Assembly (NCBI GenBank): GCA_963667925.1
Contig: OY764080.1
Span: forward strand, 310,501 to 374,500
Source: Chloroflexota bacterium
GTDB lineage: Bacteria; Chloroflexota; UBA11872
DNA: 64,000 nucleotides
Direction: 5' to 3'
Under the pieces are notes generated by a model, which was not told where the DNA came from, made no database searches, and saw only the letters and a list, made by a program, of their open reading frames with translations. Below are positions 19,548 to 27,657 of this stretch, in pieces (the first letter of the stretch is position 1; each line of letters opens with the position of its first letter). A program made the position numbers and the translations under genes.

Positions 19548-20173
19548 GCGGTCTTCCGGGCAATCGCTACCCGAGGTCTTCCGATCCTCAGAGGCGCGTC
19601 CGTTCTTCACCCTCTCCAAGGGGAGAGGCAGAACCTGCCCTGAGCTTGTCGAAGGATTCCGCCGTCTTCGGCGGAAATCGGTGAGGGGTCTGCCGCGCAC
19701 CCAACCCTCGAGCGATCTGGGTCCGTTGACGAGGCAGGTCGGCTCTTCACCCTCTCCGAGGGGAGAGGCAGGTTCGGCCGGCCCCGGCCGAAACCGGTGA
19801 GGGGTCTGCCGCGCACCCAAGCCTTGAGCGATCAAGGTTCGTTGGCGAGGCAGGTCGGCTCTTCACCCTCTCCGAGGGGAGAGGCAGATTCGGGCGTCTT
19901 CGGCCGAAATCGGTGAGGGGTCTGCCGCGCAACCAACCCTCGAGCGATCTAGGTCCGTTGACGAGACGATTCGGCTCTTCACCCTCTCCAAGGGGAGAGG
20001 CAGAACCTGTCCTGAGCTTGCCGAAGGATTCCGCCGTCTTCGGCCGAAACCGGTGAGCAACTGTGTTCGGCGTCAACCTGCTTGAGGAGTCGCCGATCTT
20101 CACCCTCTCCGAGGGGAGAGGCAGATTCGGGCGTCTTCGGCCGAAATCGGTGAGGGGTCTGCCGCGCACCCAA
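19467..20173 (+). repeat. Tandem array of six REP-like palindromic units (116-140 bp period)
   Basis: Unit starts TCTTCACCCTCTCC at 19467 (degenerate), 19604, 19744, 19860, 19976, 20097; core ...GGGGAGAGGCAGATTCGGGCGTCTTCGGCCGAAATCGGTGAGGGGTCTGCC. Confidence 0.9.
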
Positions 20174-20256
20174 CTTCGGGTTACTCAAGAGTCTCCGCGG
20201 GGATTAACGATGGGAGTCGCGATCCTCGATGACAGGCACGGCTGACGAGCCGGGGC

Positions 20257-20697
20257 TTATTGCCTTCCACCCAGCGGCACATCCCGACCTTCGTCCAGAT
20301 CCAGCCGGTCGAACTGGCGGGAGAGGTCGGTGCGGTGGGACTGGCCGATGTCGGCCAGGAACTGGCGGTAGCGCTCGCGCGCGGTGTCGTCCTGCGGGGT
20401 GATGGTCATCATGCGGCGGTTGAAGGCCATGATCTCGGTGGCGGAGCGCGGACGCATCCGCGCCTTGATCCAGGCCCAGACCGCCTCGTCGCTGTCGCGC
20501 GCGGCCACGGCGTCCACGAAGTCCTGCGGCTCGACCCCCAGGAACTCCAGCAGCATCCCGGAAAAGAAGGTGCGCGAAATGTAGTCCCCCAGCTTCCCGG
20601 CAATCTCCGCCCGAACCTTGTCGATTGCCCGCGGCAAAAACACGATCCCCTGCATCGACTCGTACGGACTGCGCGGTATCCCGTTTACCAGATCCAT
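20257..20697 (-). CDS. DUF5069 domain protein
   Basis: 'PRSPY', 'LPRAIDKVRA', 'GKLGDY', 'LEFLGV', 'FDRLDLDE'; GGAG/GAGG RBS upstream of ATG 20697. Confidence 0.75.
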   Translation of the reverse strand: MDLVNGIPRSPYESMQGIVFLPRAIDKVRAEIAGKLGDYISRTFFSGMLLEFLGVEPQDFVDAVAARDSDEAVWAWIKARMRPRSATEIMAFNRRMMTITPQDDTARERYRQFLADIGQSHRTDLSRQFDRLDLDEGRDVPLGGRQ

Positions 20698-21444
20698 TGT
20701 GTACCTCTCTCCAACGGCGACCTTTGAATAATGCGCCCTGAGCAGCGCCAAGGGGCGGTGGCCGCCCCTCGACAGAGTAGCGAGGGGTGAGGCCGCATGG
20801 GACGGCGTCCCCAAGTCCGGCACCCGACGCACCGTGCTGTCGGTCGCGGAGACGACGAATCACCCGCTCTACGGCGTCATCACCATATGCAAGTTGCGGC
20901 GACTGGATCACGGGCGGCTCCGATTTCAAAACCAGGGCTCCAAGACCTCCAACTCATCGGCACCCTCGACGTTCGCCGCTAATCCACCCTCTCCGGCAAC
21001 ACCGAACAGGTCGATCTCTGATATCCACACCGATCTCGAAGCTGCAATTAGACACTGTCTGTCAACCGTCCAGGATGTCGCCTCCCGCACGCGAACCTCT
21101 CTCCACCTCGAGGTTCGTCACGCATTGCAAATTCATCCACGAAGTGAGACTGACGGTTCCACGCGATTACGACGATGCTAAAGAGTATTAGCGCCCTAGC
21201 CCCGATCCGACATCAACTACATCGTCACAGCGCCCTACAGTGAACGAAGGTGCATGTCGCATGAGCAGAGCTACACTGCCATGCTCCGCGAAGCTACAAT
21301 TGGCCTCAAAGTGCACTCACCACTCCGCCAACTCTTTCGTCAGCTACAGCCAGCGACTCTATCTGTGGGCGCCGATCCCGAGAAACGACGAAGGTCTACT
21401 TTGCCAGTTGTCAGCCAACCTAGGATACGGTAGCCTCTTCCATC

Positions 21445-21580
21445 GGTGCCCACGGCGAGGATTAATTATCTCTGCTGATCCAGCTTTGATCATCGCTCAC
21501 GTGTGCTTTACGCGCTACCATTCATCAGCGCGCCGTTTTTCGCGCCTGTTCGCGGAAAGCTAAATCCCGTCGTGGGCACC
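21445..21580 (+). ncRNA. Candidate retron msr-msd ncRNA
   Basis: Terminal inverted repeats GGTGCCCACG (21445-54) / CGTGGGCACC (21571-80), extendable to ~18 bp, enclose a small hairpin (TGATC/GATCA, 21476-92) and a long imperfect hairpin (21505-21560); ends 47 nt before the retron RT start. Confidence 0.7.
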
Positions 21581-21627
21581 AGATAACATCACCGTCCAAC
21601 AAGATAGATTCATGAATTTCGATCTAA

Positions 21628-23181
21628 ATGTCCATTAGCGTCAGTTATACCTTTCAGCAGTCAAGAGAACAGTTCTCAAATCTCAAACACCCTAAGGACG
21701 TCGCAGCAATGCTCGATGTGTCCTACGATGACTTAGTGTATTGGCTATACAGAACTCCTGAGCGGCGACGCTATCGAACCCTCACTATCCCGAAGAAGCT
21801 CGGCGGACTCCGTGAAATCGAAGCGCCAAATGATAGTATCAAGATTCTGCAACAAAAGCTCAACTATATACTTAAGTCGATTTACGTACCTAAGCCAAGC
21901 GTGCACGGCTTTGCAGTACGCAAGAGCGTAAAGACCAATGCGAGAGTCCATGCTAATAAGCAGTGGGTCTTCAACGTTGACTTGAAAGACTTCTTTCATG
22001 AAATCAACTTCGGTCGTGTGCGAGGGATGTTCATGGCGAAGCCGTATGATCTTCCGCCTAAAGTCGCAACAGTTCTGGCCCACATGTGCTGTCACCAGGG
22101 CCGCCTTCCTCAGGGTGCACCGACGTCACCTATTGTGAGCAATATGCTGTGTGGACGTATGGATAGCCAACTTCAGACTCTAGCCAAGAACAATCATTCC
22201 ACATACACCCGATATGCGGACGATATTACATTCTCAACGACGAGGAAGAGATTTCCAGCAGACATCGCTTATCTTGATAGTCTGGGACGTATACGACCAG
22301 GTGTTGTACTCCGTGAAGTCATTAACGACAACGGATTCCGCATCAATAGAAGGAAGGTCTGGCTAGCGGGCAAACACAATAGGCAGATCGTGACGGGTGT
22401 TGTAGTCAACGTGTTTCCCAATGTCCCACGGCGTTTCACTAATCAGATTCGCGCCATGCTGCATGCTTGGAAGCAGCACGGCTTGGCCGCTGCACAGACG
22501 GAATGGGAGAAGAAGTATCACATTCATCATGGTGCGCCCTGGCGTCGACCTCCGCAGTTTCCTGAGGTTTTGCTGGGTAAGATAGAATATTTGGGAATGA
22601 TAAGGGGCCTAGACTGTTCTGTGTATTTGAGATTTCTCGATCAATTGAATGCACTCGATGCGACGCTTGCAACGAAGCGTGGAACACCTATGCGCCTGCT
22701 TAGATCGTACTATTATAAGCTTGCTAAGTCGAGGTCTATAGATCCGCAGGAGCGAGGGCGACGTTATGAGAAAGTAGTTGCTCAACTGTTCGGAATCTCA
22801 GGAATTGAAGTTTCGGAAGCATTTCGCCGAAACAAAGGAGGTGAGCAGATTGATGGAGCTTTTAGTCTGGACAATCGACACTATTTGGTTGAGTGTAAAT
22901 GGCAAGAGAGGCTGACAATGCAGTCCGATATTGATTCGCTAAGTGGGAAAATCGGACGCTCCGGTGATCAGACAATGGGAGTGCTGATTTCGGTGAACGG
23001 ATGGTCTGGACATGTCGAGGGTCTAATGAAGCAGAGTTCGGCGAAACGAATCTTCCTAGCGAATGGACGAGACATTGAGGCAATACTGTCTGGCGAGATA
23101 GATCTTAAGGAGTTGTTTCGCACCAAGGAGCGAGCGCTCAGCATCCAAGGAGAGCCATTCTTAAGTGTCGAAGACATCTGA
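21628..23181 (+). CDS. Retron-type reverse transcriptase fused to a C-terminal Mrr-like PD-(D/E)xK endonuclease
   Basis: Retron region X 'NARVH' (NAxxH), 'DLKDFF', 'LPQGAPTSP', 'YADD', region Y 'VTG'; residues ~372-517 carry 'ERGRRYE...EQIDG...LVECKW'; GC about 47% in a sampled line. Confidence 0.9.
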   Translation: MSISVSYTFQQSREQFSNLKHPKDVAAMLDVSYDDLVYWLYRTPERRRYRTLTIPKKLGGLREIEAPNDSIKILQQKLNYILKSIYVPKPSVHGFAVRKSVKTNARVHANKQWVFNVDLKDFFHEINFGRVRGMFMAKPYDLPPKVATVLAHMCCHQGRLPQGAPTSPIVSNMLCGRMDSQLQTLAKNNHSTYTRYADDITFSTTRKRFPADIAYLDSLGRIRPGVVLREVINDNGFRINRRKVWLAGKHNRQIVTGVVVNVFPNVPRRFTNQIRAMLHAWKQHGLAAAQTEWEKKYHIHHGAPWRRPPQFPEVLLGKIEYLGMIRGLDCSVYLRFLDQLNALDATLATKRGTPMRLLRSYYYKLAKSRSIDPQERGRRYEKVVAQLFGISGIEVSEAFRRNKGGEQIDGAFSLDNRHYLVECKWQERLTMQSDIDSLSGKIGRSGDQTMGVLISVNGWSGHVEGLMKQSSAKRIFLANGRDIEAILSGEIDLKELFRTKERALSIQGEPFLSVEDI

Positions 23182-23478
23182 TAGCGCTAATAGAAAGCGC
23201 TTGACGGCTACGTGAAAGCTCCCGCGAGCAAGTCGGCCGCGCTGCAGTTCCAATATTCTTGAAGAGGAGTTGCTGAGTTCGCGACATACCCGACAGCCGC
23301 TGATCTCAGTAGATGAAATGATCGTCTAAGGCCAGCGGACCCTGGTTGCACATACGTGGCGGTCACCGAATTCGAGGGCATTTAGGACGCCGATGCGAGG
23401 CAACTTCATTCACTTGGTGAAGCAGCGAGCTGAGCAGTGGCGCGGATTGTTAGGCAGATGTAGGTTGTTCCATTTCTC

Positions 23479-23712
23479 TCACTTGATCTCGACCGTCGCA
23501 GTCCTGTACTCGAGAATCTGAGTCCAATTGTAATCTCTACGGAACGGCGACTTCAGCGTACGCCGAACCGGTGCCCTCCGTGCAATCGGCCGCCCCCGTC
23601 TCGTAGTCGCAATCTGCCTTCTCGTCGCCGCCGCCTCGACGATCATCCCGAGGCACTTCGCCCTGGACTCCGTCGCACTCGTCACCCGAGCCCCACTGGA
23701 CCGCGTATTCAT
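23479..23712 (-). pseudogene. Phd/YefM-type antitoxin, probably degenerate
   Basis: 'SATESRAKCLGMIVEAAATRRQIATTRRGRPIAR' resembles the Phd consensus ATEFKAKCL...DEV...ITKRGKPVA with several substitutions; no cognate toxin seen. Confidence 0.5.
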
Positions 23713-23771
23713 GCTTCTCGGTCAAGGTTCTCCATCACTCCAGTACGGCCATGACTACGCTGAGGACGAGC

Positions 23772-24104
23772 TCATATTTGGGCATGTGCTCCGCCCGTCC
23801 GCTGCCCATCCTTGCGCGTCTCAAGCCAGCGCTTCAGTGACCTTTGGCTCTCACCCGAAGGCCGACCGGCCAGCAATCCTTCCACGCTGATGTCCTCGTC
23901 CAGGTCGGGCCAGTGGACGCCTTCGCCTCCGCCGATCAGCCGCCAATTGCGCCGTTCGTGCGGTGCCGCGTGCGCCAGCCGCGGATACCAGGCCAGCGGA
24001 ACCGAGATCGACCGCCCGTCCGAGAGCTCCGCCGTCAGCGTGTTGTCCGTAACCTCCACGCCCTCGGCCTCCGGAACGCTGACGTCAATCGTCAAGAAGG
24101 TCAT
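23772..24104 (-). CDS. DUF2442 domain protein (antitoxin-like partner of DUF4160)
   Basis: 'LSDGRSISVPLAWYPRL', 'GEGVHWPDLDEDISVEGLL'. Confidence 0.9.
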   Translation of the reverse strand: MTFLTIDVSVPEAEGVEVTDNTLTAELSDGRSISVPLAWYPRLAHAAPHERRNWRLIGGGEGVHWPDLDEDISVEGLLAGRPSGESQRSLKRWLETRKDGQRTGGAHAQI

Positions 24105-24321
24105 GCCACGCCGTCGGGAACTCAGCCTGATGCTCCTCGAGCATTCTCGCTATCCGTCGTATCTCCCAGCGACGTATGCCGCCGCTTCGTTGCAGCCGCA
24201 CCGGAGCCAACCAGAACTTGGCCACGCGGTCATCTCGTTCAACGTGGACGTGCTCCGGCTCCATACGGTCGCTGGCCTAGAAGAAGAACCGATACGGCAC
24301 GTCGCGCCGGATCGTCCGCAT
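24085..24321 (-). pseudogene. DUF4160 domain protein interrupted by an in-frame TAG
   Basis: Manual translation MRTIRRDVPYRFFF*ASDRMEPEHVHVERDDRVAKFWLAPVRL...; TAG at 24277-24279 in place of the usual Tyr; overlaps the DUF2442 start. Confidence 0.85.
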
Positions 24322-24678
24322 TGCGAACCAAGCACTCCCCAGACCATACGTCAGCTTGACACGCAGTTTGTCACTCGCCGTGTCGCTCACGCGTCCGGCA
24401 GCAGGCGCCCCTCGCATATCACGCACCCATCTTCACCCGGTGCCACGCAAGCGCACTCGTGCCCAAGTGCACCGTCACTTGGCGCTCAGCAGCCCTTGCG
24501 CGGAGTCCCGCCGAGTGCCCAGTGGTTCTTTGAGGTCGCCCAAGACCTCAGTCTTTCGGCACCCGATGCCGAAGAGCGATGTCGGCCGCTTTCGGTACGG
24601 TGCCAACCGCGCCACCCCTTCGTAAGCACATCTCCTGCCATTTCGCCGGCAGCGTCCGGGGCGACCCGTGTAAACACC

Positions 24679-24707
24679 TTGACACCCCTGGTCAATGATG
24701 CTTTGAT
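24679..24707 (+). promoter_or_regulatory. Sigma70-type promoter of the vapBC operon (possibly leaderless)
   Basis: TTGACA (24679-84), 17-nt spacer, TTTGAT (24702-07), ATG 6 nt later; TGATGC direct repeat overlaps it. Confidence 0.5.
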
Positions 24708-24713
24708 GCCACC

Positions 24714-24992
24714 ATGCGAACCACCCTCACCCTCGACGACGATCTCGCCGACGCCCTCAAGCAGCAGGCGAAGCTGCTGGAGGTGCCGTTCAAGCAGGTC
24801 GTCAACGACACCCTGCGCCGTGGCCTCGCGCCGGAAGCCCCCGAGGATCGGCCGGTCTTTCGTGTCCGACCCCTTCGCGGCGGCTTCCGCCCCGGCATTG
24901 ACCCACTCAAGCTCAACCAGCTCAACGACCAGCTTGAGGTCGAGGACTTCCTCGAAGAGCAGCGGGAGTTTCTCAAAGAGCACCGGGAGTGA
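24714..24992 (+). CDS. vapB: VapB-type antitoxin (RHH/CopG-like)
   Basis: 'MRTTLTLDDDL', 'KQVVNDTLRRGL'; GTGA overlap with the downstream PIN gene. Confidence 0.85.
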   Translation: MRTTLTLDDDLADALKQQAKLLEVPFKQVVNDTLRRGLAPEAPEDRPVFRVRPLRGGFRPGIDPLKLNQLNDQLEVEDFLEEQREFLKEHRE

Positions 24993-25414
24993 TAGTTCCC
25001 GACGTCAACCTGCTGCTCTACGCCTACAACGACGGAGCGCCCCTCCACCGTCCGGCCCGCCACTGGTGGGAAGGGCTGCTCAACGGGACAGAACGCGTTG
25101 GGATTCCGTGGGTAGTCACGGTTGGATTTGTACGCCTGTTGACGCATCCAAGTATGCGTGAGCATCCAGCAACAACTGTGCAGGCGCTGGACTTCGTCGA
25201 CCATTGGTTCCGCGCACCCCATGTCACGCCCTTGAACCCCAGTCGGCAGCACCTTGTCCTGGTGCGTGGCGCCCTCGCCGCCGCCGGCGTCGGCGGCAAT
25301 CTCGTCACCGACGCCCATATCGCGGCGCTGGCCATCGAATACCAGGCCGAAGTCCACTCCAACGACACCGACTTCAGCCGGTTCCCCGGCCTGCGCTGGC
25401 GTAATCCACTCTAG
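24989..25414 (+). CDS. vapC: VapC PIN-domain toxin
   Basis: 'PDVNLLLYA', 'GNLVTDAHIAALAIE', 'SNDTDFSRF'. Confidence 0.92.
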   Translation: MIVPDVNLLLYAYNDGAPLHRPARHWWEGLLNGTERVGIPWVVTVGFVRLLTHPSMREHPATTVQALDFVDHWFRAPHVTPLNPSRQHLVLVRGALAAAGVGGNLVTDAHIAALAIEYQAEVHSNDTDFSRFPGLRWRNPL

Positions 25415-25479
25415 CCTCACTCACTCCCGGTCCGGATCCGCCTGCTCGTTTGACCGACGCGGGCCCGTAGGATTCGGGG

Positions 25480-25938
25480 ATGAGCTATTTCGAGTTGCCG
25501 GAGCCGCGTCGGGAGCGGTGTCCCTTCTGCGACAACGTGGCTGGGCGGGTCACCGAACGGGGCACGCGCTGCGCTGTGGTCGCGGAGACTGATCTCACGC
25601 TGACCTTTGTTGCTCCGATGCGTCAGCACCTGGGGCGGCTGCTGGTTATCAGCAAGCGGCACGCGCCGACGCTGTTTGACCTTACGGACGAGGAAGCCGC
25701 GGCGATCATGCGGGACACGCGTCGCGCGGCGCTGGCCGTGACCAGGACCTTCGAGCCGGACGGTCTGACCATCTATCAGAACAACGGCGTCGCGTCGGGT
25801 CAGGAGATTCCGCACGTCCACATGCATGTGGTTCCTCGATATCACGACGACGACGGCGCGATTCCGCGGAGAGGTCCCGTGATCCCCTACGAGGAGCGCG
25901 CCCAAGTAGCGGCTCGGATCAAACGCTTCATCGCGTAG
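25480..25938 (+). CDS. HIT family protein
   Basis: 'CPFC' and histidine triad 'HVHMHVVPR'. Confidence 0.9.
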   Translation: MSYFELPEPRRERCPFCDNVAGRVTERGTRCAVVAETDLTLTFVAPMRQHLGRLLVISKRHAPTLFDLTDEEAAAIMRDTRRAALAVTRTFEPDGLTIYQNNGVASGQEIPHVHMHVVPRYHDDDGAIPRRGPVIPYEERAQVAARIKRFIA

Positions 25939-26036
25939 GCCAAAGCCCACGCGGCGCCCAGGCAATCTCAGACGTCCGGCCCTCGCCTGCCCGACCTGAA
26001 TTGCCTCTAGTGCTCATCCAGTGTACAATTGCGGCC

Positions 26037-26426
26037 ATGAACGTGCAACTGGTTTTTCCAATGGCCCTGGCCCCACCCGCTTCCCGCCTGCCAACCGGCG
26101 CTTCCGCTTCCTCGCCCGGAAAGCGCCCGTTCGCACCTCAGGAGTTTTTTGGAAAAAACTCCTACGTGCGCGAAGCCCCCCGATTCCGCCCTCCCCACCG
26201 GTCCCTGCCCGGTCCAGCCAGTCGCAAGCCGTCCGCGTCTCGCCGCCCCGCCGATCCGCGCCGCCGTCCACTCGCCCAACCGCGCCCCGATGCAGGTCAG
26301 GAGTTTCTTAGAAGAAACTCCTCGTTTGCACGAATGCACCGCCGCCCCTTCGCCGGCGCGGTGCACCGCAAGGTCGGCTGGCACCATGAGATCCGTCGTC
26401 ATCCCCCGTGCCAGGCGCTGCCATGA
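26037..26426 (+). CDS. Possible Pro/Arg-rich hypothetical ORF containing two palindromes
   Basis: TACAAT 7 nt upstream of ATG; ATGA overlap with the downstream enolase; no family recognised. Confidence 0.3.
   Translation: MNVQLVFPMALAPPASRLPTGASASSPGKRPFAPQEFFGKNSYVREAPRFRPPHRSLPGPASRKPSASRRPADPRRRPLAQPRPDAGQEFLRRNSSFARMHRRPFAGAVHRKVGWHHEIRRHPPCQALP
26140..26322. repeat. Pair of related 24-bp perfect palindromes
   Basis: AGGAGTTTTTT-GG-AAAAAACTCCT (26140-63) and AGGAGTTTCTT-AG-AAGAAACTCCT (26299-322). Confidence 0.8.
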
Positions 26427-27574
26427 AGATTGCCGACATCCAGTTCTATTCGTTCAATCCGGGCCGGCGGAACCTGCAGGTGGTACGGGTGGAGTCGGAC
26501 AACGGGTACTACGGCTGGGGCGAGTCCGGGCTGAGTTCGCGGGACCTGGCGGTGGGCGGGGCGGTGTCGCACTTCCGGGACTTCCTGATCGGCCAGGACC
26601 CGCGGCGCATCGGCCGCATCTGGCAGGAGACGTACCGCAGCCAGTACTTCGAGGGCGGGCGCGTGCTGACCACGGCCATGGCGGCTATCGACATCGCCCT
26701 GCACGACCTGGTGGCCAAGAGCCTCGGGGTGCCCGTGTACCAGTTGCTGGGCGGCAAGCAGCGCGACTTTGTGCCCTGCTTCGTCACCACCAACTCGCAG
26801 AACCTGGACGACCTGATCGCGGAGGTGAAGGGCTACGTAGCCGACGGCTGGGAGTGCATCCGCACCCTGGTGTGGGGCCTCTGGGAGACCGAGGGTCACG
26901 TCTTCGAGCCGCGCGAGTCGGTGGCCATCACCGCCGGGTGGCACACGGCGCTGCGCGAGGCCGTGGGGCCGGGACCGGTGATCGGGCCGGACTACCACCA
27001 CCGCCTGAGCGTGGCCGAGGCGGCCTCGTATTGCCAGCGCATGCCGCCCGGCACCATCGACTTCCTGGAAGAACCGATCCGCGACGAGACGCCGGCGGCC
27101 TACGCGGTGCTGCGGTCGATGACCGACGTGCCCTTCGCGATCGGCGAGGAGTTCTCCAGCAAGTGGCAGTTCGCGCCCTACATCGAGCAGGGGCTGACCA
27201 ACTTCGCCCGGCTGGACATCTGCAACGTGGGCGGCTTTACCGAGGCCATGAAGGTGGCCGGCTGGTGCGAGACCCACTACATCGACCTGATGCCGCACAA
27301 CCCGCTGGGCCCGGTCTGCACGGCGGCCAGCGTGCAACTGGGCGCGGCCGTGCCCAACTGGGCCTGGCTGGAGGACCGGACCGTTGACCTGGGCCGGCTC
27401 TACTCCGACGAGATCTTCCCCGTCCAACCCAAGCTCGACGGCACCTGGTACCCGGTGCCCGACACGCCGGGCCTGGGCGTGGATATCAACCTGGACGCCG
27501 CCAGGGATCTACCCGTCGGCCAGACGGAAAGCCACCACACCGTCCGTCCGGACGGCTCGGTGACGAACTTTTGA
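26423..27574 (+). CDS. Mandelate racemase/muconate lactonizing (enolase superfamily) acid-sugar dehydratase-like enzyme
   Basis: 'AAIDIALHDL', 'DYHHRL', 'FLEEPI', 'AIGEEF', 'MPHNPLGP'. Confidence 0.9.
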   Translation: MKIADIQFYSFNPGRRNLQVVRVESDNGYYGWGESGLSSRDLAVGGAVSHFRDFLIGQDPRRIGRIWQETYRSQYFEGGRVLTTAMAAIDIALHDLVAKSLGVPVYQLLGGKQRDFVPCFVTTNSQNLDDLIAEVKGYVADGWECIRTLVWGLWETEGHVFEPRESVAITAGWHTALREAVGPGPVIGPDYHHRLSVAEAASYCQRMPPGTIDFLEEPIRDETPAAYAVLRSMTDVPFAIGEEFSSKWQFAPYIEQGLTNFARLDICNVGGFTEAMKVAGWCETHYIDLMPHNPLGPVCTAASVQLGAAVPNWAWLEDRTVDLGRLYSDEIFPVQPKLDGTWYPVPDTPGLGVDINLDAARDLPVGQTESHHTVRPDGSVTNF

Positions 27575-27657
27575 GTGCCGTGGGCACGATGAGCAAGTCT
27601 TTCCACGGCCATATGAACTTCTGGAGAGACCTATGCAGAATCGGGAGTTGGTTGCCC

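Noticed and set aside
19604-20173. CRISPR array
   Set aside because: Units are about 65 bp, the intervening segments are homologous to one another rather than unique spacers, and no cas genes are present; it is a REP-like tandem repeat.
21240-21563. 107-aa ORF upstream of the RT as a retron accessory gene
   Set aside because: No recognisable motif or RBS, and it overlaps the structured ncRNA candidate; likely spurious. ORFs 20787-21191 and 20834-21181 were dismissed on similar grounds (no motif or RBS).
21628-23181. Group II intron, DGR or CRISPR-associated RT
   Set aside because: It has retron-specific NAxxH and VTG motifs; no intron RNA domains, TR/VR pair, Avd or cas1 seen.
24277-24279. 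Pyrrolysine or programmed readthrough at the TAG in DUF4160
   Set aside because: The codon replaces a conserved Tyr by a single base change, and no pyl genes or recoding signal are visible.
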